A stretch of 64,000 nucleotides of DNA, taken from the NCBI GenBank assembly GCA_016839555.1, contig JAEOUA010000006.1, positions 416,001 through 480,000 of the forward strand, in the 5' to 3' direction. The stretch comes from Promethearchaeota archaeon. GTDB lineage: Archaea; Asgardarchaeota; Lokiarchaeia; Sigyniarchaeales; SOKP01. Numbering within the stretch: position 1 is the first letter of the stretch; each line of letters starts with the position of its first letter. Both the position numbers and the translations under genes were made by a program. A model generated the notes under the pieces. The model was not told the origin of the DNA. It saw nothing but the letters and a program-made list of their open reading frames with translations, and did no database searches. Shown here one piece after another: positions 19,135 to 29,823 of this stretch.

Positions 19135-20145
19135 TTAAACTGAATAAAACATTTCAACAGCGTCTTTACTTCCAATTAGACCTCCACAAGTTTTATCATG
19201 GATCTCCTTCACATTATTTAGATTTAAAAGGCTGACATCCTCAATTTTTTTCACAACTTCGGGCTCTTTCTCATCACCAATTATAAGAAATTCTCCTCCT
19301 AAAGTTTTAGCAATGAATGCTAAGGGGAGCCATTCATAATAAAGGCGGATCTTTGGTTTCGGTGATAAGAAATAAGAATAAACTCCCCCATATTTAAGCA
19401 CCGCATGAAAATCACCTACAAAACTTCCACTGTATCTATCTTTAAATTCTTGTTCTATTAAGAGATCTTGATATTTTTGACATTGTTGGTACCATTTATT
19501 TGGATTCCCTCCTAAACATTTAATACCTCCTTTTTTTGGATTTGGAAGTAATAATTCTTCCAAAAAAACATAATGATAAAATGTGGTGCTATAAGGAGTC
19601 GTATCAAGAATGAATTCAGCAACTTTCCCATTAATAGAGATAATTAAATTGGTAAAAATTCCATATAATACATAGAAACTACAAATAATTTTTCCCTCCT
19701 TATTAAAAATACCTACAATCGTGCCGACAGTTCTATTTACTGCTACGTTTGAGGACCCATCTACAGGATCGATTGTTATACCAAAATGTCCATCACCAAG
19801 AACAGGTTCCGCCTCCTCCGAAGCTATAAAAGCAAAATCAGCATCTCCATCCTGAATGGCTTTTAAAATTATGGAATGAGTTAATATATCTTCATGAATT
19901 TGTTCCTCATCATAAATATTTATGGAAATTTGTTGAGGGTCTGTAATATTCAATCGATAATGTAGTTCGTTTGAAGTTATTCCACGTTCAAGAAGACCAC
20001 GTATGGGAACAGTTGCTTCTGCGATGGTGTTGATTATATCAATTAATTCACCGCGATAGGGTGCATAAGATGAGACGTTTTCTTCTAAATATTTTGAGAG
20101 TTTTATATTCTGTTTAAATTGTTGTTTTTTTGAAGAATCTTTCAT
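19135..20145 (-). CDS. fbp: Fructose-1,6-bisphosphatase class I
   Basis: ASEE, IDPVDGSSN, TVGTIVGI, RYSGSFVGDFH, KIRLYYE. Confidence 0.88.
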   Translation of the reverse strand: MKDSSKKQQFKQNIKLSKYLEENVSSYAPYRGELIDIINTIAEATVPIRGLLERGITSNELHYRLNITDPQQISINIYDEEQIHEDILTHSIILKAIQDGDADFAFIASEEAEPVLGDGHFGITIDPVDGSSNVAVNRTVGTIVGIFNKEGKIICSFYVLYGIFTNLIISINGKVAEFILDTTPYSTTFYHYVFLEELLLPNPKKGGIKCLGGNPNKWYQQCQKYQDLLIEQEFKDRYSGSFVGDFHAVLKYGGVYSYFLSPKPKIRLYYEWLPLAFIAKTLGGEFLIIGDEKEPEVVKKIEDVSLLNLNNVKEIHDKTCGGLIGSKDAVEMFYSV

Positions 20146-20345
20146 ATCTCTTCACTATTCATTGATTCTTAAATTTAACAATGATTCCTTATTGAAAACT
20201 TTTTATATTTCTTATATTCTTAAAGCGTTTCAATTAAAAATTGGAAAAAGAAATTTTTTTAAGGCAAATACATACGATAGTGAGAAAAATAAGAAATGGA
20301 CTATTGAAATAATTAATTTTTATATTTTTTTATAATATAAAAAAT

Positions 20346-20966
20346 TTGGATGTGACTGTAACTAAATTAGAGCTTATAGATTTTGTTCCGTCAGAGCGCG
20401 CTTCTGAAGTTTCTGATATTGCGCTTTCACCATTAGAATTAGAAAAGTTTGGAATTTATCTATGCAGATTATGGAAAAGGATAATTGATAAAGATTTTCC
20501 ACTCTCTTTATCATATAGAAATCCCACATTTACAAGAATACTTGCTCAAAAGTTTCCAAATGTGAGGGCTGTTCCTTTATTTAAAGCCATTTTTCCAAGA
20601 AACACCTTAAAATTTTTTAATTTTAATGAAAGCTTAGAGAGAGGAATGTGGGGCTCTCAAACACCCTTTTCTCCATTTATTACTGGATGTAAACCGGGTT
20701 TTTATGTATTTCATATCAAAACAAATGGAGATATAACCCCTTGCCCCTTAAATCCTGCTTATCTTGGAAATGTTAAAACGCACCGGATTAAGGAGGTATG
20801 GCAAAATTCAAAAATATTAAATATCTATAGGAATTTAAAGTTTGATAAACACTGTGGGAAATGTATCTACAAAATAATCTGCGGAGGCTGTCGGGCTAAA
20901 GCATATATAGAATTTGGAGATCACTCGGCTTCGGATTACTCTTGTCTATATAATAAGAGATGTTAA
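20346..20966 (+). pseudogene. 5'-truncated radical SAM/SPASM protein (SPASM domain intact, no CxxxCxxC)
   Basis: GC...GDITPC...LGNV...CGKC...CGGCRAKAY...C; TTG start; upstream is AT-rich non-coding sequence. Confidence 0.55.
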
Positions 20967-21093
20967 GCATCTATTAATTTAAAAAAACTCAAACTTCTTT
21001 TTTAATTTTTTACAGATATTACTTATTACATATAATAATTTTAATAAATCCAAATAAAAATTTTAAAAAAATGCTAAAATTGAAAGAACTAAA

Positions 21094-22230
21094 ATGAGAA
21101 AAAAACCAATTAAATTTATATTAACCAAAATCAATATGCTTATACGACAGAATCTGGGAGCGTTTTTAATCGTATTTGTATGGTTTTTAGCGAATTATTG
21201 TTATTTTCTATATGAAACATCATTTAATTTTCTTGAAAGTATCCATATACTTTTATATTTCAAAGAAAGTTCTACTTTATGGGGTAATTTCTATGCTAAT
21301 TTTACAGAATTCATTATTTTTGGATTAATCTTTGGACTTATCACGATTGATTTATTTCGAAAATATAATCCCGTTGAAACATGTCGAAAATATGCCTCCT
21401 TCTTAGACAATCATATAATAATAATAGGGTATAATAATATTGGTCGCAGGCTTGCTGATTATTTTCGTTCAATAGAAAAAGATTTTATTATTATTGATAA
21501 GGATCCTGAAGTAGTTGCAGATTTAATTGACAGAGAGGAACCTGTTATTGTTGATGATAGTCTCTCTTTAAAAGCACTTCTTGATGCGGGAGTGAAGAAT
21601 GCAGCTGCCGTGTTCATAATGTCAGATCATCTCGACTTATTAATGGTAGTATCTGCTAATGTGAGACACTATAATAAGAAATGCTTGCTTGTGTGTAGGG
21701 TGTTTGAAGATGATATCGCAGAGGTTATTGCAAATACTTATAATGCGATTACAATATCGACTTCAAAATTTGCTGCGGATGTTATATTTAATGAGATAGA
21801 AAAAAACAATCCTCAAAACATTCTGCTTATTGGAATGAATCATATAAATATAAGATTATTAGATAAGATAAAAAAGAATTTCAAGGATGTAAATTATTGT
21901 TTAATAGAGGAAAACGAGGAATTAGTTGAGGAACTTTTAGAAGAAAAGGATACTAAAGTGATTATCGGAGATCCAAAGGAATATATTACTTTACAAAAAA
22001 TACCTATTAATAAGGTGACCCTAGTAATTAACACCTTACCTGATGCTGCAAAATCGATACTAATAACAAAGCGTATCAGAGATCTTAACCAGAATTGCAA
22101 AATAATCTCAAGATTTTTCTTAGAAAATGTGGCCGAAGTTATGATGGAACCTCCCTTTAATGCTGAAGTAATTAGTTCTTCAAAGTTTACTATAGAATTT
22201 CTGAAAAAAAAAGGAATCCTTAATATTTAA
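21094..22230 (+). CDS. Two-TM plus tandem RCK (TrkA-N) channel-like protein without TVGYG filter
   Basis: NHIIIIGYNNIGRRL and NILLIGMNHI Rossmann motifs; two N-terminal hydrophobic helices. Confidence 0.75.
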   Translation: MRKKPIKFILTKINMLIRQNLGAFLIVFVWFLANYCYFLYETSFNFLESIHILLYFKESSTLWGNFYANFTEFIIFGLIFGLITIDLFRKYNPVETCRKYASFLDNHIIIIGYNNIGRRLADYFRSIEKDFIIIDKDPEVVADLIDREEPVIVDDSLSLKALLDAGVKNAAAVFIMSDHLDLLMVVSANVRHYNKKCLLVCRVFEDDIAEVIANTYNAITISTSKFAADVIFNEIEKNNPQNILLIGMNHINIRLLDKIKKNFKDVNYCLIEENEELVEELLEEKDTKVIIGDPKEYITLQKIPINKVTLVINTLPDAAKSILITKRIRDLNQNCKIISRFFLENVAEVMMEPPFNAEVISSSKFTIEFLKKKGILNI

Positions 22231-22284
22231 TTTTAGTTATCTTAGAAGGGAATTTATACTCTATAGGAACTAATCTTTATTTTA

Positions 22285-22998
22285 TTATTTAATCTCTTCA
22301 AACCCATATTTAGTTATATCAAGTTCGAATTCTAATGGTATTTTTTGATTAGATTGAATTAATACTAATTTCCTCCTATTTAAAATCTCGGTTCGTTCAA
22401 TTTTAAGCGAATAAGAAATCCAATAGTCCATAACAGCACCTCCGCTGGAAACATCTTCAACTACTCCATCCTTGGTATCTTTACTGCTTTCATTGATAAG
22501 CAATATTTCTACATCATATTTCTTATTTAAATACTTTAAATTTGCTAAAATTTGATGCAATTGATAATTTAGCTTAACATTTTGCTCTTTTTTTGTTGGA
22601 TTTAAGTTTAATTTATATAAATCTGTAAGAGAGTCAATAATAATTAAATTAATAGATTTATTTTCAATTTTTTTACCCTCCAATAATAAGAATTCAAAAT
22701 TAAAGCTCGCTTTAAATAACTCATTAAAGTTAATAATATTTATTAATTTTAGATTTTCCATTACTTTTGGAGACAAAGAATGGATTTTTGGTTCAGAAAT
22801 AGTTTTAACTTTTTCTATAGGTAATTCTGGTTTAGTATAAATATATAAGATGCTGTAGTGAGGAGTTAACGAATTAAGTGCGGTCTGAATCGCGAAGGTG
22901 GTTTTTCCCACACCAAAATCTCCAAAACAACTGAGCAATCCTTTAATTATGGAAACATTTTTAAAAACTTTGTTTAGCTTTGATGCGGGGAAAATCAT
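22285..22998 (-). CDS. Short RadA/RadB-like RecA-fold ATPase
   Basis: FGDFGVGKTTFAIQ, LIIIDSLTDLY, SGGAVMDYW. Confidence 0.8.
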   Translation of the reverse strand: MIFPASKLNKVFKNVSIIKGLLSCFGDFGVGKTTFAIQTALNSLTPHYSILYIYTKPELPIEKVKTISEPKIHSLSPKVMENLKLINIINFNELFKASFNFEFLLLEGKKIENKSINLIIIDSLTDLYKLNLNPTKKEQNVKLNYQLHQILANLKYLNKKYDVEILLINESSKDTKDGVVEDVSSGGAVMDYWISYSLKIERTEILNRRKLVLIQSNQKIPLEFELDITKYGFEEIK

Positions 22999-23048
22999 TA
23001 TTCTAGTTTAAAAATTTTTAATTTTATGATTAATTTAATTATTATGAA

Positions 23049-23927
23049 TTGAGTAATAAAACTAAAACTAAAGTCTTTGTCATTAGTAATGATTATAAAT
23101 ATTTCTACAAATTAAATCGGGCCCTTAAACGTTTAAGAATCCTATTTAAAATTGTTAATTTTAATGATAGATTACCCAATACTCCCGCTCTTTTGCTCAC
23201 CACAGAAAATGAGCTAGAAAAATTAAAATCCAAGAATAAAAATCACGTAATTCTGCCTTATGATAGAAAAGAGGATTTTGAAAAATATGTTTTTGATATT
23301 TTAAAGATTCATAATTGTGGACCAGATTTGCATTCTGAATTATTATTTTCAATTGATCCGGGTGATACTATCGGCTTAGCTGTGTTCTTAGATGGAACTT
23401 TTTTCTACTCTCACACGTTTTATAGTAAAAAAACTCTAATAGTGAATATTAAAAAGTGTGTTGAAAAAATAGAAGAAGGAGAAGATCAGAAAAACGGAAT
23501 AAAAATAATATTTAAAGTGGGAAGAGGGGTATTTCCATTAACTTTGGATCTTATAGAGACTATTTATGAAATGTTTTGCAAAAAAAATGAGCTTGCGATA
23601 TATATGGTAAATGAATCAAAATCTTCTAAAATAAAGTTCCATAAATATTTTAATAACCTTTCAAAACACGAATTATCAGCTTTAATTCTTGCGCTTAGAA
23701 AAGGTATAAAAGCTGACCAAAATAATTATGTTAAATTTTTTGAGCTTAAAAAGGGAAATAAAGAAATAAAAGAAAAATTAGAAAAAGAATTAATGGATAT
23801 CTCCTTTTTAACTAAGGAGCGTGAGTTACTTAAGAAATTAATTTCTGATTTAATAAATTGTAGGATATGTATTGATGAAGCTTTTAAAATAATAGAGCAG
23901 AAAAAAGCTATTTCTACGTTTACTTAA
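23049..23927 (+). CDS. Conserved archaeal protein with RNase H-fold (YqgF/RuvC-like) motif
   Basis: LLFSIDPGDTIGLAVFLDG, VNESKSSK, SKHELSALILALRKG. Confidence 0.6.
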   Translation: MSNKTKTKVFVISNDYKYFYKLNRALKRLRILFKIVNFNDRLPNTPALLLTTENELEKLKSKNKNHVILPYDRKEDFEKYVFDILKIHNCGPDLHSELLFSIDPGDTIGLAVFLDGTFFYSHTFYSKKTLIVNIKKCVEKIEEGEDQKNGIKIIFKVGRGVFPLTLDLIETIYEMFCKKNELAIYMVNESKSSKIKFHKYFNNLSKHELSALILALRKGIKADQNNYVKFFELKKGNKEIKEKLEKELMDISFLTKERELLKKLISDLINCRICIDEAFKIIEQKKAISTFT

Positions 23928-24213
23928 AAATTCTTAGTTCATATTTTTTAAGTTAATAAATATAAATTATAGATTTATAAACTCTACTTCTTTAAACATT
24001 TGTAATATCAGAAAATTCATTTAGTTTATTAGGTATATTCAAAATTTAAAAAAATCATTAAAAAAAAAAGCAGTGTTGATATATCTAAAGGATTTGGAAG
24101 CGAAAGAGTTAATATTAAACTTTTTATTAATAACGAAACAAATATAACATTATTAACATAGGATCGGTTTAATTTGATTTTAGTTTCTATATCTCGGATA
24201 TATAAAGCATCAT

Positions 24214-25035
24214 CTATTCCTTTAGAAAATCAATAATTAATTGATTAACTTTTGGTGCCTCCTCAATAAAAACATGATGACCTGCATTATTTATAAGTTC
24301 CAATTTACTATGGGGTAATGCCTCATGCATTTCATCTAAGACCAATTTTGGAGACATTTTATCATTAGCTCCACCAATAATAATGGTAGGCTGTTTTATT
24401 TCAGATAAACGATCTAAGAGGTTATGCATAGACCCAGCTTTTTCAAATCTATCGTAATCTTCAGGAGTCATTTTATTACCGGTAAATTCCTTAATTAGAT
24501 CTTCAGCTGACCATAAATCATAGAATTTCTTTTTTGGATTTTCTTTCATTTCTTTTAAAAATCTTCGATGGTGCATTAATTTCGCATATTTCCAAAAGGC
24601 TTCTTCTTTATCTGTTTTAGCCAGCTCATAAAGATCAATAAGAGTATTTTTCAGAATTGTCAATCCAGCCCCTTTGTGATTTGTTCCTATCAATATCAGC
24701 TTATTCACTTTATTCGGATATTTTAATGTGAAATTCTGAGATACCCATCCCCCCATAGACTGCCCCATCAGATGAGCTTTATCCACTTTTAAAAAGTCCA
24801 TTAATCCTTTTAAATCTTCCACCAACGTATCTAGTGTATAATCTTCATTAGGATGATCTGATTCACCAGAGCTTCGCTGATCATAAACAATTACCTTAAA
24901 ATGGGCTGAGAGAGCATCAATCTGTCCAATCCAAACCTTACTTGTCGCTCCATATCCATGAAGCATAAATAAAGGATATCCATCGCCATGGATTTCATAA
25001 TATAATTGAATTCCATTAACTTCTGCAAATGCCAT
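24214..25035 (-). CDS. Alpha/beta hydrolase
   Basis: LHGY oxyanion, GQSMGG nucleophile elbow, Asp (ANDKM), AGHH. Confidence 0.92.
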   Translation of the reverse strand: MAFAEVNGIQLYYEIHGDGYPLFMLHGYGATSKVWIGQIDALSAHFKVIVYDQRSSGESDHPNEDYTLDTLVEDLKGLMDFLKVDKAHLMGQSMGGWVSQNFTLKYPNKVNKLILIGTNHKGAGLTILKNTLIDLYELAKTDKEEAFWKYAKLMHHRRFLKEMKENPKKKFYDLWSAEDLIKEFTGNKMTPEDYDRFEKAGSMHNLLDRLSEIKQPTIIIGGANDKMSPKLVLDEMHEALPHSKLELINNAGHHVFIEEAPKVNQLIIDFLKE

Positions 25036-25218
25036 AATAATAAATATATATCTTAATTAATTTATAAGTTTTTAATTAGGTTTTATTTCTTATACTTGAA
25101 GTATTAAATATAAATTACAGAATCTTATAATTCATTTCGCTTAGATTATTTAATAACAGAACTTTCATTTGGGTAAATTAATATATATTCAAAATTTAAA
25201 AAAATAATAAGGAAAAAA

Positions 25219-26232
25219 ATGAGTATTGATATATCTGAAGGAATTGAAAGTGGGAAAGTTACCATCAAAGTGCTCACAACTAATACAACAAGTATTACAT
25301 TATTGACTGAAGATAAATTCAAAGGAAAGGTCATACACCCTCAGACTGCAGCGAATAGATTGGTGGGAGAACATGGATTATCATTGAGTTTTCATATAGA
25401 AGAAAATGGTGTGTCACATCTTTTTTTAATGGATACAGGCGGTCTAGGTCAAAATATAGTAGAAAATAGCGAACAATTGAGGGTAAATCTAAATGAAGCG
25501 GAAAAGTTAATATTAACTCACGGCCATACAGATCATTGGGGTGGCCTAACAGCTGTTTTACCTCTACTTAAAGAAGGGACTGAATTTATTCTAAATCCCA
25601 AAGTTTATCAGCAAAATTATATCGTGGTTACTAAATCGGGAGAGGAGATACCTGCCGAAGAATTAGGATCTAATTTTAAAAGATTAGATAAAGCGGGAAA
25701 GTTTAGATGGACTTTAAAAGTACCATTATTGAACAAAAAGTTAGTTACTAACTATGTGGAACAAAATAAAATAAATATTATTGAAACAAATGAACCCATG
25801 AAACTATACGAGGGAATAACCACAAGTGGCGAAATCGAATTATTTAATGAAGATGAGGTTACCAAGGGATTTTATATTCAAAAAAGTAGAAATGAATTTG
25901 AAAAAAATTGGTTTAGGGATGAAACCTCTATTTATATTAATGTAAAGGATAAGGGTCTTGTCGTTATTACTGGATGTGGACATTGTGGAATTATTAATAC
26001 CATAGAACATGGTAAGAAATTGACTGGGATTGATAAAATTTATGCTGTAATTGGTGGATTCCACGAAGAATGGAATTCGAGAGAAAGGATTAAGGAAAAA
26101 GTGAAATATTTCGAGGAGATTAATCCAGAAATCATTGCGGGATTTCATTGCACGGGATTTGAGTTTAATAAGTTAATGTCTCATCATCCTGCGCACACTT
26201 TGGCTGTCTCTGGAACAGAATTTCATTTATAA
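25219..26232 (+). CDS. Metallo-beta-lactamase-fold hydrolase (COG1237-like)
   Basis: GEHGLS, MDTG, THGHTDHWGG, GCGHCG, GGFH, HCTG. Confidence 0.88.
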   Translation: MSIDISEGIESGKVTIKVLTTNTTSITLLTEDKFKGKVIHPQTAANRLVGEHGLSLSFHIEENGVSHLFLMDTGGLGQNIVENSEQLRVNLNEAEKLILTHGHTDHWGGLTAVLPLLKEGTEFILNPKVYQQNYIVVTKSGEEIPAEELGSNFKRLDKAGKFRWTLKVPLLNKKLVTNYVEQNKINIIETNEPMKLYEGITTSGEIELFNEDEVTKGFYIQKSRNEFEKNWFRDETSIYINVKDKGLVVITGCGHCGIINTIEHGKKLTGIDKIYAVIGGFHEEWNSRERIKEKVKYFEEINPEIIAGFHCTGFEFNKLMSHHPAHTLAVSGTEFHL

Positions 26233-26390
26233 TTAATTTCTCTTTTTTATTTTTCTAAATTATTTGTATCGAATATTTTTAAATATAATTTGATTAAATT
26301 TCTCTCTTGAAAAATATCTAAATCAAATAAAGTAGGATTTTCAGATGAAATCTTTAAATATTTAAAAATTTAATCTTAAAATGATACATC

Positions 26391-27803
26391 ATGAATCAAA
26401 AAAATGATGCTGAAAAAGGAAAATTAAAAAGAGAATTAGGTTTAATATCCGTAATCTTTTTCTTGTTTGGATATATAGTAGGAGCAGGTATTCTTCTACA
26501 AACAGGAACCGCTGCTGCCATTACAGGCCCTGGCCTTTGGTTGGCATTCATTATTGCTGGGATACCTAATATGGTAAGTGCTATTATCATCTATTATATC
26601 GCCTCAGCTTTTCCCGTATCTGGAGGTGCATGGGTTTATTCTTCTAGATTACTTTCACCCTTTATTGGTTTTTTAGTATTAACTTCGGTAATGATACATA
26701 TTATTGGTGCATTATCATTCATTTCCATTGGATTTGGAAAATATTTTGAGCCCTTTATACCTGGTTCTACCTATTATATTGCATTAATAATATTAGCGAT
26801 TTTTTATGGTTTGAACATTTTTGGAGTAAAATTTACAGGCTCGGTTCAAGTTGTTTTAGCAATCTTAGGAGATTTTCTTATTTTAATTCTCTTTATAGTA
26901 ATAGGACTTCCTAATGTTGAAATTGCAAAACTGGCTGGCACGGAACAAACTATTTTTGGAAGTGCAGAGGGGATATTTCCTCAAGGTCTCGGAGGTGTAT
27001 TCGTAGGGGCCGTTATATTATCTTTCTCCTATGCTGGATTTACAGCAATCGTGGAAATTGGAGGCGAGATTAAAAACCCGAAGCGAACGGTTCCTTTAGG
27101 ATTATTTATAAGTTTAATAATGATTATGATTTTATATATTCTCATCTCCATAGTATTTGCTGGAAATTTGAGCTATTTCGAAATAGAAACAGGGAATAAA
27201 ACACTTATCAGCGTTTTTGAAAAAATAGGGATTTCTGGTTGGTTCTTAGTTTTTTTAAATATTCTGGTATTGATTGCGATTGGGTCCACGCTACATGGAA
27301 TCATTCTGGCATATTCTAGAAACCTTTTTTCTGCCGCAAGGGATAAAGTACTCCCTGATTTTTTAGCTAAGGTAAATAAAAGGTTTAGCACCCCCCATTG
27401 GGCAGTAACGTTTTTCTGCATTTCCTCCCTTGTTTTGTTAGTTTTTCGTCCTTCATATACAGATCTACAGTATTATTGTTCTTTAACTATAGCTATACCA
27501 ACAGTTATTCTAGCATTTGTTCCCTATTTACTTGGAAAGAAATATCCTGAACTTCTCGAAAAATCAAAATTCAAGATTAAAAAAAGATACCTCCTTATCT
27601 TGATTATATTTAACGTAGGGTATTCAATGTTGTCGATACTTGCGATTATAGGAATTAAGCTTTATCTTGTCCTCATAGTTGCGGGTTTATATGGCATCGC
27701 AATAATCTACTATGTTCTTAGAAAAAAATGGTTAAAAAAGAAAGGATTTGATCTTGACGAGATCTGTAGGCAAATCCCAGAAGAAACAAAGGAAGTAATA
27801 TAA
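26391..27803 (+). CDS. APC-superfamily amino acid permease
   Basis: About 12 TM; LKRELG, IVGAGI, FPVSGG, FSYAGF, GGEIKNPKRTVP. Confidence 0.92.
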   Translation: MNQKNDAEKGKLKRELGLISVIFFLFGYIVGAGILLQTGTAAAITGPGLWLAFIIAGIPNMVSAIIIYYIASAFPVSGGAWVYSSRLLSPFIGFLVLTSVMIHIIGALSFISIGFGKYFEPFIPGSTYYIALIILAIFYGLNIFGVKFTGSVQVVLAILGDFLILILFIVIGLPNVEIAKLAGTEQTIFGSAEGIFPQGLGGVFVGAVILSFSYAGFTAIVEIGGEIKNPKRTVPLGLFISLIMIMILYILISIVFAGNLSYFEIETGNKTLISVFEKIGISGWFLVFLNILVLIAIGSTLHGIILAYSRNLFSAARDKVLPDFLAKVNKRFSTPHWAVTFFCISSLVLLVFRPSYTDLQYYCSLTIAIPTVILAFVPYLLGKKYPELLEKSKFKIKKRYLLILIIFNVGYSMLSILAIIGIKLYLVLIVAGLYGIAIIYYVLRKKWLKKKGFDLDEICRQIPEETKEVI

Positions 27804-27907
27804 AAAAATATTTTTAATCTTTCATTTCTTTTTTATTTTTCTTTTAAGCTAAATGACATTACTAGGACTAATCGAAAAAAGAAAAGGAATTGAGTAATTA
27901 TTTAAAC

Positions 27908-29104
27908 TTAAAACATATTCAAATCATAGATATTTCCTTCAGAATAAGTTTGAAATACTTGCCCCCACTCTGTCTTCATGAACTTTTTAATTCTTTTTTT
28001 GCCAACGGTGGGGTACCAAATCGCATCATGATAAATGAGTGATGCCATAATAGGAAATGCAAAAAAGATTTTATTATGTAATAAAGGCTCAAGAAAGCTC
28101 AATCTCCCCTTTCGCACAATTTGATCCACCCATATTATCAAACTTCTTTTAGCGGTGAAATCCCAATTTATTTCTGAGACATTTTCGCCTATTATTTCAA
28201 TTTGTTCAAAATCGCCACATCCAAGTCCCTCATCATGTGCCATTTTAATTGCGGGTAATTTCATGGGCTCAAAGCCGAGCATTTTCGACACCACAGTATC
28301 CACCGCTACTTGGTCATATCCTGCCAAGAGAAAATTTTTAATGCGAGGGATCATAATTCGCGGTCCAGCGCCATCTCCACAAACAGTGCCATCTACTATA
28401 GCCATAATTTCTGGATGAATTTGTTTCTGAATTATCAATAAATCTACAAGTACTTCGGACATAAATTGATGGCTGAAATGCCTCCGTTTAGTTAATAATC
28501 CGCCAAAAGCATTCTTCATCGCGCATGTAATACCTCCGTTTTTCATTTGACCTTTTGTGTATTTTAAAGAACCTCCCTCCTGTCCTGTATGACCATGGGT
28601 TTTCATTGTGGGCAAGTGGATTATAGGTTTATTCAAATAGAATTTTGGAATTCTAAACCCTTTTGGAAAGATTTTTGAATCTAATACATGGAGTTGTTTA
28701 TCTTTATATTTTATGAATTTATCCCGAAGAGATTCATATGGAACAAAGGGGATTCGTGTTAAGGGAACAAACCACGCGCCATATTTTTTAATGAGAGGGG
28801 CCCATCGATTCCCTTGAAGACCTTTTGCAATATTAGTAACCACCGTTTTGTTTTCTGCTGTAAAAAGTTTCTTAGGATTATATCCATCCTCAGTCATAGT
28901 TTTCAATACACCTTCTACTTGCCAGGGAGGGCTGCTACAAGCGGGAAAGAATTTAGACCAACTAAGATTGAGTTTAAGAATTATTTTCTGCTTTTTATTT
29001 AATTTTTTCTCATACCCCGCCATATGCATTAATTTTGCATAATCTTCCAACACTGTTTTTGGCGAAGTTTTAATAACGAATATTTGGGAGTTTTCTTTAG
29101 ACAT
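27908..29104 (-). CDS. DUF362-family (Fe-S associated) protein
   Basis: ILKLNLSW, LPTMKTHGHT, ITCAMKNAFGG, IVDGTVCGDGAGP, DQVAVD. Confidence 0.85.
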   Translation of the reverse strand: MSKENSQIFVIKTSPKTVLEDYAKLMHMAGYEKKLNKKQKIILKLNLSWSKFFPACSSPPWQVEGVLKTMTEDGYNPKKLFTAENKTVVTNIAKGLQGNRWAPLIKKYGAWFVPLTRIPFVPYESLRDKFIKYKDKQLHVLDSKIFPKGFRIPKFYLNKPIIHLPTMKTHGHTGQEGGSLKYTKGQMKNGGITCAMKNAFGGLLTKRRHFSHQFMSEVLVDLLIIQKQIHPEIMAIVDGTVCGDGAGPRIMIPRIKNFLLAGYDQVAVDTVVSKMLGFEPMKLPAIKMAHDEGLGCGDFEQIEIIGENVSEINWDFTAKRSLIIWVDQIVRKGRLSFLEPLLHNKIFFAFPIMASLIYHDAIWYPTVGKKRIKKFMKTEWGQVFQTYSEGNIYDLNMF

Positions 29105-29114
29105 CTCTATTATT

Positions 29115-29810
29115 TTAAAAATATATTTCTTTTTTTATTTTATTTATTATAGTCAAAAAGTGAACAAACGGAGAGGAGAGATGCCCTTGGCTTTTAGCAT
29201 TATTGCTTAAAAGTTCATTTTTAATATTTTCTTGAGAAATATTTAAGTTCGTTTGAATTAAGGTATATCCATTGCCTATTTCTTTAATTGTATGTGCATC
29301 TGAACCTCCTGTTTCAAATAGATTATATTTATTTTTAAATTTCTCTGCTTTTTTTAAACAAAATTTAAAAATAGTACGGGAATTCATAATTTCTACCCCA
29401 TCAATATACTTATCAATCATATTTTTGGTTAAGAATTTTGTTTTTAAATGATTATCTCTTAGAAAATCAAAGGGGTGAGGGATTACTATTAATCCATTAT
29501 TCTCTTTAATATTCTGTATTATCGTGAAAAAATCATTATCCTTACAATCTATCTCATTGTCGATAAAGAGGGCTAACACTTCTCCTATATTTGTTTCAAT
29601 TTCCATCCCAGGAATGATTAAAAGATCTTTCGATTCTGGGTATTTTTTCAATATTTTATATGCTTTCAAACTATTATGGTCTGTGATTGCAAAGCCATCT
29701 AGCCCAATTTTCTTAGAATAAATAAGCAGATCCCTTGGTTTTATTAAAGAATCGCCGGAATATATGGTATGTACATGCATATCTAATTTTATTTCCTTCA
29801 TGATATTCAA
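29115..29810 (-). CDS. PHP-domain metallophosphoesterase
   Basis: DMHVHT..S.DS, AITDHN, PGMEI, IPHPF, GGSDAH. Confidence 0.92.
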   Translation of the reverse strand: MNIMKEIKLDMHVHTIYSGDSLIKPRDLLIYSKKIGLDGFAITDHNSLKAYKILKKYPESKDLLIIPGMEIETNIGEVLALFIDNEIDCKDNDFFTIIQNIKENNGLIVIPHPFDFLRDNHLKTKFLTKNMIDKYIDGVEIMNSRTIFKFCLKKAEKFKNKYNLFETGGSDAHTIKEIGNGYTLIQTNLNISQENIKNELLSNNAKSQGHLSSPFVHFLTIINKIKKEIYF

Positions 29811-29823
29811 ATTCTAAAGAGCA

